Assembly (NCBI GenBank): GCA_965644295.1
Contig: CBFFRP010000114.1
Location: 1 to 64,000, forward strand
Length of the DNA: 64,000 bases
Direction: 5' to 3'
Source of the DNA: Paraphysomonas bandaiensis
Taxonomy: Eukaryota; Protista; Chrysophyceae
The translations under genes and the position numbers were made by a program. The notes under the pieces are model-generated. The model saw only the letters and a program-made list of their open reading frames with translations, had not been told where the DNA came from and searched no databases. Below, piece after piece: positions 11,076-22,144 of this stretch; the first letter of the stretch is position 1; each line of letters opens with the position of its first letter.

Positions 11076-12208
11076 CTACCTCTCAGCCTATACAATCCAC
11101 ATATGATTCCAGTGAGGTCATACTCTGGTTCTATGAATAGATGAAGCATACAGTACACATACTCACATGTGTGTTTATGATGAGCTCACGCATCGCATCA
11201 TCTTTAGACACATCAACAGGAGTCTCTCCCTCCTGCAAAAACAACAATAAACACTTAAAAAGAAGTGACACAGTGAATCACCGCATAAAATATGAGCCCT
11301 TATAACACTGTATGTCTGTATGTATGTATGTATGTATGTATGTATGTATGTATGGAGGGGTTACTTACATTGTCTCGTATAGTTGTATCTGCCCCTTCTC
11401 TTATAAGACACTCAGCTGTATCTCTGTCACCAAAAATGAGAGCCAAGTGAAGAGCTGTATGACCAACCTATAAAACAATAACAATAATCACATGTGAGCC
11501 ACATAACACTCTATGTATGTATGTATGCATGTAGGTATGTATGTATGTATGTATGTATGTATGTATGTATGTATGTATGTATGTATGTATGCATGTATGT
11601 ATGTATGTATGTATGTATGTATGTATGTATGTATGTATGTATGTACGTATTGAGGGGTTACTTACATCGTCTCGTATAGTTGTATCTGCTCCTGCTCTTA
11701 TAAGATACTCAGCTATATCTCTGTGACCAAAAATGGCAGCCCTGTGAAGAGCTGTATGACCATCCTATAAAACAATAACAATAATCACATATGAGCCACA
11801 TAACACTCTATGTATGTATGTATGTGTGTATGTATGTATGTCTGTATGGAGGGGTTACTTACATTGTTTTGTATAGTGATATCTGCTCCTTCTCTGATAA
11901 GATAGTCAGCTAAATCTCTGTGACCTCCAGAGGCTGCCAAGTGAAGAGCTGTACGACCACCCTATAAAACAATAACAACAATCACATATGAGCCTCATAA
12001 CACTCTATGTATGTATGTATGTATGTATGTATGTATGTATGTATGTACGGAGGGGTTACTTACAGTGTCTCGTATAGTTGTATCTGCTCCTGCTCGTATA
12101 AGATACTCAGCTATATCTCTGTGACCTCTAGAGCTAGCCTCGTGAAGAGCTGTATAACCAACCTATAAAACAATAATAATAATAATCACATATAGCCTCA
12201 TAACACTC

Positions 12209-12242
<34 letters not shown>

Positions 12243-12415
12243 TGTATGTATGTACGGAGGGGTTACTTACAGTGTCTCGTATAGTTGTATCTGCTCCTGC
12301 TCGTATAAGATACTCAGCTATATCTCTGTGACCTCTAGAGCTAGCCTCGTGAAGAGCTGTACGACCATCCTATAAAACAATAATAACAATAATCACATAT
12401 AGCCTCATAACACTC

Positions 12416-12449
<34 letters not shown>

Positions 12450-13019
12450 TGTATGTATGTATGTATGTATGTATGTATGTATGTTTGTATGTATGTATGT
12501 TTGTATGTATGTGTGTATGTATGTATCTATGTATGTATGTATGTATGTATGTATGTATGTATGTATGTATGTATGTGTGTATGTATGTATCTATGTATGT
12601 ATGTATGTATGTATGTATGTATGTATGTATGTATGTATGTATGTATGTATGTATGTATGTATGTATGTATGTATGGAGGGGTTACTTACATTGTTTTGTA
12701 TAGTGATATCTGCTCCTGCTCTTATAAGATAGTCAGTTGTATCTATGTGACCTCCAGAGGCAGCCAAGTGAAGAGCTGTATAACCCCCCTATAAAACAAT
12801 AAGAATAATCACATATGAGTCCTCATAACACTCTAAGTATGTATGTATATATGAGTATGTATGTGTGTATGTATGTATGTATGTATGTATGTATGTATGT
12901 ATGTATGTATGTATGTATGTATGTATGTATGTATGTATGTATGTATGTATGTATGTATGTATGTATGTATGTATGTATGTATGTATGTATGTATGTATGT
13001 ATGTATGTATGTATGTATG

Positions 13020-13051
<32 letters not shown>

Positions 13052-13244
13052 TGTATGTATGTATGTATGTATGTATGTATGTACGGAGGGGTTACTTACA
13101 GTGTCTCGTATAGTTGTATCTGCTCCTGCTCGTATAAGATACTCAGCTATATCTCTGTGACCTCTAGAGCTAGCCTCGTGAAGAGCTGTACGACCATCCT
13201 ATAAAACAATAATAACAATAATCACATATAGCCTCATAACACTC

Positions 13245-13278
<34 letters not shown>

Positions 13279-13844
13279 TGTATGTATGTATGTATGTTTG
13301 TATGTATGTATGTTTGTATGTATGTGTGTATGTATGTATCTATGTATGTATGTATGTATGTATGTATGTATGTATGTATGTATGTATGTATGTGTGTATG
13401 TATGTATCTATGTATGTATGTATGTATGTATGTATGTATGTATGTATGTATGTATGTATGTATGTATGTATGTATGTATGTATGGAGGGGTTACTTACAT
13501 TGTTTTGTATAGTGATATCTGCTCCTGCTCTTATAAGATAGTCAGTTGTATCTATGTGACCTCCAGAGGCAGCCAAGTGAAGAGCTGTATAACCCCCCTA
13601 TAAAACAATAAGAATAATCACATATGAGTCCTCATAACACTCTAAGTATGTATGTATATATGAGTATGTATGTGTGTATGTATGTATGTATGTATGTATG
13701 TATGTATGTATGTATGTATGTATGTATGTATGTATGTATGTATGTATGTATGTATGTATGTATGTATGTATGTATGTATGTATGTATGTATGTATGTATG
13801 TATGTATGTATGTATGTATGTATGTATGTATGTATGTATGTATG

Positions 13845-13876
<32 letters not shown>

Positions 13877-14388
13877 TGTATGTATGTATGTATGTATGTA
13901 TGTATGTATGTATGTATGTATGTATGTATGTATGTATGTATGTATGTATGTATGTATGTATGTATGTATGTATGTATGTATGTATGTATGTATGTATGTA
14001 TGTATGTATGTATGTATGTATGTATGTATGTATGTATGTATGTGTGTATGTATCGAGGGGTTACTTACATTGTTTCGTATATTGATATCTGCTCCTGCTC
14101 TAATAAGATAGTCAGCTGTATCTCTGTGACCTAGAAAGGCAGCCCAGTGAAGAGCTGTACGACCATCCTATAAAACAATAACAATAATCACATATGAGCC
14201 TCATAACACTCTATGTATGTATGTATGTATGTATGTATGTATGTATGTATGTATGTATGTATGTATGTATGTATGTGTGTGTGGTTGACCTTATCTTGTT
14301 TATTGGTGTTATCACCCTTCCTAACGCAGTTCCTCACTGCATTGAAGTCACCCCTCTTAGCAGCTGTAATAATATCAGACGACCACAT
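11076..14388 (-). CDS. Ankyrin-repeat protein, one repeat per 99-bp exon. Exons: 14388-14290, 14167-14069, 13597-13499, 13198-13100, 12788-12690, 12369-12271, 12162-12064, 11961-11863, 11764-11666, 11467-11369, 11232-11167, 11087-11076
   Basis: Internal exons are flanked by TTTTATAG and GTAAGTAACCCC and translate to xGxTALHxAxxxG(H/D)xDxx(E/D)(Y/C)LIRxGADxxIxxx; all introns are phase 0; N-cap MWSSDIITAAKRGD.. and C-cap EGETPVDV..; TAG at 11078-11076 may be premature. Confidence 0.9.
11310..14280. repeat. (ATGT)n/(ATAC)n microsatellite tracts inside the ankyrin-gene introns
   Basis: Tracts of ~35-400 bp in each intron between the 99-bp exons; source of the spurious YVCM ORFs. Confidence 0.97.
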
Positions 14389-14569
14389 ATCTGTATATAG
14401 AAGTGAAGTGAAGTGTACATATATGTATATGCAGCAGATGTGACTTCACTTTATTGTGATGCTGTCACAAACAACAGAACAAAAAATAGATACCTTCACT
14501 GGTGGTGTTTTGCAGACTACAGCAGAGTACCTTACGGTGTTTGTTGACAAAATATAGAATAGTGGGGTG

Positions 14570-14637
14570 ATGAAAACCCCCCTTTTCCTTTAGAACCTGA
14601 CAAAAATCAATTTTTTATTTGAAAAGGGGGGTTTCAT
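14570..14637. repeat. 17-bp inverted repeat upstream of the ankyrin gene
   Basis: ATGAAAACCCCCCTTTTC ... GAAAAGGGGGGTTTCAT. Confidence 0.75.
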
Positions 14638-14740
14638 GACACAACATACTCTATTGGAGTGTACATGCAAGCTAGGAAGGCAGGTACCTATAATGGCCGA
14701 TTTACTTTTTTTTATTCGGAATTGGCCGATTTTTATGTGT

Positions 14741-15370
14741 TGAATCACATCAGAACAACCTTAAATCTTACTACAAACCATCCTCACTTACTTACACAAG
14801 AACTAAACTATATATAGTTATATCAGGTAGAGTAAACAGAAATCACTGCTCATGATGACGTTGTCTGATCTGATTTTCATGCAGAATTGATCTTGTATGA
14901 TGCGAGGACGTCCACAGCGACCCCGAATCACTCATAAGCATACAGACAGTCGTATGGACGATGTCACACTGCCCCCATTGGAAAAAAGAAATGTATTGAT
15001 TGAGGTTAAGCGTGCCAAGCAGTATGGTGTGTTTCCAGTGAATGCACCTCACCAGCGAGAGGTTAATTTGGTGTTAGAGGCTTTTACCGGATCTGCCCAA
15101 TTGTACGAGAAACTTCCCCAGTATGACGACTGAAAGTGCGATTCTCAACGCTATCTAATATCCCTGAGGTAGATGTCAAACGGGGCTACAAAGTTTACAC
15201 CGTTCAGGGGCGTAGGACCGGACTCATTGCCAGGGTAATTGATGGCAAGAGTGCTGACTATGTTCTCGCGGAGTACGGTGTCACTATCCGCACCTAGGGG
15301 CGGGACATGAACACCATTGGGGAGTTGTATGGGCTCACCACGAAGGAGTTCAATGCGTTTTGGATCGATC
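14741..15370 (+). repeat. Dispersed repeat with degenerate coding potential (copy 1)
   Basis: Clearly similar to 55329-55948; shared MMRGRPQRPRITHK.. reading frame with stops and frameshifts. Confidence 0.85.
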
Positions 15371-16835
15371 CATCGAGCCACTCTGTGCTGCGGGAGGCCA
15401 TCATTGAGCTGGATTGCTCCTCGCCTTGTCCTAATGGTTTGCTACACTCCATTGTGGATCGCGATATAATGGCTACGAAGATGGACCTTCAAGATAAAGC
15501 TGGATGTGGGTGTGTACATGAAAGTGTATGATGTGGATGATAGCATACAGTGTATGGTTTGTAATTGCTTGTGCAGGTATAGCTATGGCTATTCACTTCA
15601 ACAAAATAATCAATCAGGCATGAAATGGGTTTACCTCTGACCCCACTCTGTCTGGTTGCATCAAGCAAGCGCTTACTAAGACTTTGACTTGGCCTTTAGT
15701 TGATCTCTTGGAGGAAGAGGAGATGAGACAAGGTGGCTTCTAGCAGTAATATCTCTGGTATGTATGATGTGTATGAGGGGGACATGGACCGTAAAGCATC
15801 GCTTCTTTCGGCGCCCAGGCCTGCCTTTCTCATGAAGCACAGCGAGGAGGACCCAGATATAAAGCGGATTCGTTACCAGGAGGTCAGGCCTTGGGAAACC
15901 AACAAGCCCAAGCGAGGGCAGGAGGGAGCTTGTCAGGTGAGGAGTCAGGATGCAGAACGGGAGGGGGAGGAGTGGACGAGAGGGGTGGCATGCCCAACAC
16001 CACTACTGGGCAGTGCTGTCAACGGCCGAGCGTATTGAGGCCTAGATGGCTCGGAAGGAGGAAGGGTGACTAGCTAATGAGCGTCGAAAGGACGACAAGG
16101 AGCGGCGCCAGATGGAAGAATATCACCGGCACGTTGAGGCCTTCGAGTCCCTTTTGGTCCGTGTGCGTGACGAGCGATATGACTGGCGCATGGCCAGCAA
16201 TGATGTTCTGTAGGTAGAGAGGTTGTTGCATCGGATGCATATCGAGAGCCAATGGATGTGGAGTAACTTAGTTGTGTTTTTATCTCATTCCTGAGTGTCC
16301 TTTATTTCCTTTTGACCCTAATTATTTATTTACTTTCTTTTGCTATATTATGCATGATAAGTGCATGCGTAGAATTGCGATCACTTAAGTCCATGCAAAA
16401 GTTAAGTATACAAACGTATTACAAACTACATACCAAAAGTTTATGTCGTATGTATGCTTCTACGTCATCATTTTTATTTTGACCTGTTAATGCTCTATTT
16501 TCAAGTGTGGAACATAATTGCAAGTGAAACAAACGTAATAAAGTTCAACACTGATGACTACACATTTTTTCTTGATTGCCAAACTAGCCAGTTTCTACGA
16601 CATAGTCTGTATTATTGGTGTTGCGCTATCTAACAATAGTATAGCAATATACAATATATTGTTCCCTAGTAGCCCTGACATAGTCCATGTCGGATATTAA
16701 GCAAATTTTAATGGGTGTTATAAAATATAAATTAAGCGGTGGAAATAATTTTAGTAAATATTCAAAATAACAAAACAATTCAAAATAATTTTGATAATGT
16801 ACCACTTAGCACTCATATACTACTCGACATCAATA

Positions 16836-19269
16836 CAGGGGGATTCGAAATAAACAACTGTCTGATGAATGCTATGCTAAGTTAAGCTAGTTAGCTAGCT
16901 AGATGCTCTAGATTAATTCATATGAACACTTATATAAAATGCTATCTTGAAATACATGGGCGTTGCTTATTCTAATTTACTTGTACAGTTACACACAAAT
17001 TACCAAAAAAAATCATGATTTTTACCAAATATATATCGAATAGTGAAATAGACACAATTTTGAAAATAGCATATCTGCACGAAATAAACGAATTAGAACG
17101 TCATCTATAGCGCAAAGGAAACACAATGACATAGCAGTGACTATTCTACAGTAATATTTATATTTTTCGATACATATGCCACGTAATTAGGTGTATAAGT
17201 ACAACTAAACAAACATCATGTATGTGTATTCCCGATATAAAAATATTTCAAGAAAATTGAATGAAAATGATAAAAATGATATTGCACCTGTGTAAAGAGT
17301 CAAAAAAGCTATCTTGATCCGACTTCCCGTTGCTTATTTGAATTTTCTCCGATTTCTACATATCACCAAAAATTAGGTCAAATATATGATATATCCACAG
17401 GCGGATATATAGATACAAGCATCACACAGACCTTTATAGTGCCCCCTTGCAATTTCTTCTTCTGGTACTAATCCCACTACCACTACTGGACTCTATTTCA
17501 TCTTCTGGTAGCAATTCCTCATAAATGAAAAACGATTAGATGGTCATAAGTCGATGTAACCGCCAAACCTGTTGAAATTTTGAAAAAGTCGATTTAAGTT
17601 GAATTTATGATACGTATTGCAATAATTAGTGTAGTACATGTGAAGAGAACATGTTTGCAATGAAAAATAATAAAAATTATATCACTTGCAGACCAAAAAA
17701 TGTTGAATGAAACGGTTACATTATACATAATATGTGTTCTATATAGTGCTATATAATACAAATGTTATTGATTAATTAAATGTACTTACAATCGACAAAC
17801 AACCAAACTTCTGCCACGTTTTCCAGTAAGAATAGATGCAGAATATGCTGCACCAATGTCTGTCAACTCCTGATTGTATAGAAATAAATGAGGAATAACA
17901 ATACGTATTATTATGTATATATTATACCACCTTCATATCGCAACAGGTACTGCAGGATTGCTCGAATATTGCCGTCGTTATCGACCTCTGAACCTCATAC
18001 ATCCCTCTGCCGTTGTATGAGTGAACTGTACAACCTAGCTGATATTAGGGTTCTTCACCAAAGCACCAATCTCACTCCTGCGGTACAACTTCATTAGCAC
18101 TTGTACCGTCGTTGCTACAGAGCAAATATACCTTTATCACCGTTATCATCTTATATAGGTAAAACTTCAGTGTCATATCGAAAAATAGAGGTGAAAGGTG
18201 CGAAGTTCTTTGCTGTGGGAACAGTAGCCCTCTCTGATACAGCTCAACGAATTGATAGACTGACAGCACTGAGCCTTTATACTTCACTACATCGGGGTCT
18301 CTCCTCCCACTCATCGGCTATGGTGCCTATGAGTGTCAATGACTTTATTGTTGAGGCGAAAGCGGACAACACAAGACTAAGATATTAACACCAGGACCAA
18401 CTCGTCAGCCTGCTGTCACTCATTGACAAGTTCTGTGGTCTCTGTTGTCACAGAGACCCAGAGCGAAGGCATGATATAGGCACTTCCTGCCGCTTCCGTT
18501 AATCCTGCAGATAACTTGTTCTCCCTCGCCTTGAGAGCTTATTCTGCATACCAACTTCCATCCACCCCTCCACAGTTCGTTTTCATGTGGTTGACACAAT
18601 GGTTCTTGAAACAGGAGTGATATTACGTCTGTATTCAACGTATATTACAAGGCATAGTCAACATCTACACAAAGCCGTTACCTCGACATAACACCTCCGA
18701 CGACATCAAACTCAGACCAAAACGCAAGTAGAGGGATACCCAATAAATGAATAGACAGATATCTGATGGCAGATCTCATTCGCAGTCATATCAGCTGCGT
18801 GTGTGCGCTGCTCTGTGCTGATGTGAACAGAGACCGTCGAAGCAGTCTGAATATGCTGACTGCACAGAGCCTTTCGGCCCCTCTCCAGATCGAATAAAAT
18901 ACTCTGATCGCTGTTCCTCAGTCCCCGAGGGCTCAGAGAGGAGTCTCGTCCCTCCTTCCTCTTGCTGTGTGCTCATCTCTGTGATTCTCATCCGATGGAT
19001 ATGGCTGCTCTCTCTTCCCTCTTGTTAGGCCTAATAGGGTTATGAGATATGCATATGGTCACATGAACTTACGCTGATCTCGTGTGTTGTTATTGTGGGG
19101 GTGGGAGCATCGTATGAGGGGTGTGGATGATGTGTGTGTGATGCTTGTCTTAAGAGGGATAACATACCATCAAAACACCATCAAAATCAAAATATGATGA
19201 AAAAAGTTCAAAAAAAAGTATTTTTGAAAAAAAAAACTGAAATCTGTCGTTTATTTCGAATCCCCCCTG
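16836..19269. mobile_element. Non-autonomous TIR DNA transposon, Tc1/mariner-like (TA-flanked)
   Basis: TA|CAGGGGGATTCGAAATAAAC ... GTTTATTTCGAATCCCCCCTG|TA; no transposase recognised. Confidence 0.75.
18180..18640 (-). pseudogene. Degenerate OTU-like cysteine protease fragment inside the TIR element
   Basis: INGSGRKCLYHAFALGL (Cys-box-like), QADELVLVL and LLF..HLSPL (His-box-like) occur in order across frameshifts. Confidence 0.35.
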
Positions 19270-19271
19270 TA

Positions 19272-20135
19272 TATAAGATGATAGCGGTGATAAAGGAGAC
19301 GTTTTTTGACAAAGCGGACCAGTCTGGTCCCACTTTATTTTTTTGTATTGCGTTTTTTCGTATGGAACATGAGTGTAGAGCTTTGAAATTGTAGTCAAAA
19401 TGAGTACAATTTTTTTATTTCGAGTGGGACCAAATACAGTCCGACAAGTGGAGGGCTGGTCCACTTTGTCAAAAAACGTCTCAAAGGTATATATGCTGAG
19501 TAGCCACGGTACAAGAAGTGCTAATGAAATTGTACCGCAGGAGTTTGAGATTGGTGCTTCGGTGAAGAACACTTTTATCAGCTAGATTGTACAGTTCACT
19601 CATACAGCGGCAGCGGGACGTATGAGGTTCATGTCAATAACGACCGATATTCGAACAATGCTGCAGTACCTGTTGCGATATGAAGGTGGTGTATATACAT
19701 GATAATAAGTATTGTTATTCCTCATTTATTTCTATGCAATCAGGAGTTGACAGACACTGGTGCAGTATATACTTACTGGAAAACGTGACATATGTATCGA
19801 AAAATATAAATATTACTGTAGAATAGTCACTGTTATGCCATTGTGTCTTGTTTGCGCTGTATATGATGTTCTCATTTGATTCTTTTGTATAGATATGTTA
19901 TTTTCAATTATGTCTATTTCACTATTCGATATTATATATATTATGGTAATAACATGATTTTTTTTGGTAATTTGTGTGTAACTGTACAAGTATATTAGAA
20001 TAAGAAACGCCCATGTATTTCACGATAGCATTTTATATAAGTGTCCATATGAATTTATCTAGAGCATCTAGCTAGCTAACTAGCTTAACTTAGCATAGCA
20101 TTCATCAGACAGTTGTTTATATCGAATCCGCTCTG
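19272..20135 (-). mobile_element. Inverted partial copy of the left end of the TIR element
   Basis: Reverse complement aligns to 16836-17184 plus 17820-18157; ends in the degenerate TIR GAATCCGCTCTG|TA. Confidence 0.85.
19296..19482. mobile_element. 187-bp MITE, Sola-like (GAG..CTC ends, 4-bp TSD AAAG)
   Basis: 27-bp TIR GAGACGTTTTTTGACAAAG(C/T)GGACCAG; the empty site is visible in the paralogous arm at ~18127-18140. Confidence 0.85.
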
Positions 20136-21015
20136 TAGGTGAACATGTCACTGAGCATAGAAGATGTCTATATCAATTACAATGCATAGATATGACAACA
20201 ACATGCAGCGACCTCACACACATGAAACAACATACTGAAATGGTTGGTTAGAAAACCAAACCGCATTTGGAAAGGATTTGCAGTTCGTTTGATACATCGT
20301 AGCTGAAAGCTGAAGATTCTGCCTGTCCCCACCATAGCAAATAGTACTGGCTCGGAGAGCATCAAAACATTTATAGTTCTCTACGTTATTTCTTAATTTT
20401 GTCATCAGGGGACATTGAAGCACATGTCCAGCTCAATCAGTCCTGCTAGGAAACGCGGCTGGCCTCACAATGCAGCCTGGGCCCTTATCAACGACGAATC
20501 CATTGATGTCATGGCCCGTCAAGCCAGGGAACTGGAAGAATACGTATGTTGGCCACCCCCTGTACTTGAATGGTATGTCAAGAATCAAAAACTCCTTCGA
20601 TGGAGTGTCGGTTCTCGGATGCCCCTGATGGCATCCTTCCCCACCCTAAGATTGTTGGGTTAGATGCCCATGAAATGAAGGAGGCTGTCGAACTTCACCG
20701 GACTTATTGGTCACATGAAAATGCCCAATTCTCGTTTGATAGCGAAGATGAAATGTGATATATAGCATGTGTACAATGGTTGCATTTTTATTAATTGATG
20801 GTTAGAGTATGCTCCCATATTTGAGTGAAAATTATTAACCTATAACACCTAGTCAACCTAGTCATTGTAAACTGAAAATATAAATATTAAATGACTACGA
20901 GGTTTTTCAGCTACTTTCTTGACTAGGTTTTTCCACCAATTTTTGTGTGACTAGGAAATTACACCTAATTGACTAGGTTGAATAAATATATTCGGCATAT
21001 AGGTTGAACATCCAA

Positions 21016-21850
21016 TTGAGTGGGAGTGTTGAGTTAATAGTGTGCAATAGGTGAAGTCAACTCATAGGCGTAACGGGTGATTATAGTTACAAAGGAATTA
21101 AATTCAGTTAGTGATATGTGACTATATATATAAGATGTAGGAGTGACTGGTGAACATATGATAAAAGATGTTATATATGAAAGTCTTATTATTAGCAATA
21201 GGTGTCGAGAATCGACACCAGATAAGTAGTTAGATGAAGACTAGTCAAGCTAGATCGACCTCTACCAGTAACTAAAATAAGTATAAATTCTCATATCATA
21301 CTATTTAACGCTGCGATAAAAGATGTTGCAGAGAACAGAGGATGCATGAATATTATGCAGTGAAGTGTTCTGAATAATAATTATAATTTATTACTTATAA
21401 GCATTGTGTTCAACATAGCAAGGTTAAGGTTTACGTGTAGAGCAAAGTTAACTTCAGTGATATGTATAATTCTAACACGGTAGCGAGCGGTAGCTCTGAT
21501 GAGGCGAAGGAGGACAGCAAGGTGCTAAAGTTTGACAAGTATCAGGCTGAGGTATCAGCTCAGAAGTTCAATATTATTCTGATGAAGAAGAATTGTAATC
21601 ACCTGAGGGTTAGAGCCGAAACCTGCTGGAGGAGGCAGAGCACGAGAAATGACACGTGCGTTGTGTGTTGCAACGAATTAGGATGCATGTGAACATGACG
21701 CAGATGTATGGGAGGGTGCCAACCAATACATGGAGGCGACTACCAGATGATATCCCCAACAAGAAGTTTTGTCCAATGAGATGCTTCAAACGCTGGTGAA
21801 TAGGTTTCAGAGTGAGTTGGGAAATGTGCTCGAGAAGACTACCATAGCCT
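21016..21850 (+). mobile_element. Copia relic: PPT - LTR (21027-21477) - PBS - degenerate gag start
   Basis: TTGAGTGGGAG|TGTTGAG...CTAACA|CGGTAGCGAG; homologous to ~50044-50740. Confidence 0.85.
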
Positions 21851-22144
21851 TATATCATATTGAGGTCGTCGCCTAGCATAATTAAGTATCTATTTAATAG
21901 TATGACTAAGAAATTCAACCAATTTGACTATAGGTTGAATAATTATATCCCTATTTACTCCTTAAAAGAGTGTATTGATGCATCCAACATATTATATATC
22001 TAAGACAACTATTACACAACTCACATAAAAAACTCATACTAAATAAAGAAGTAGCAGGAGCATCATCTTATTAATCTCATTTTCAATTACAGTCTAGTGA
22101 TATAAAGCAGCACCTGTGTCTCATAACTAGGAATATCATACGCG

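Noticed and set aside
11310-14280. CRISPR-like repeat/spacer appearance
   Set aside because: The units are homologous exons with splice sites in eukaryotic DNA; there are no unique spacers or cas genes.
11494-14443. Many plus-strand MYVC-repeat ORFs
   Set aside because: They are translations of (ATGT)n tracts; the real gene is spliced on the minus strand.
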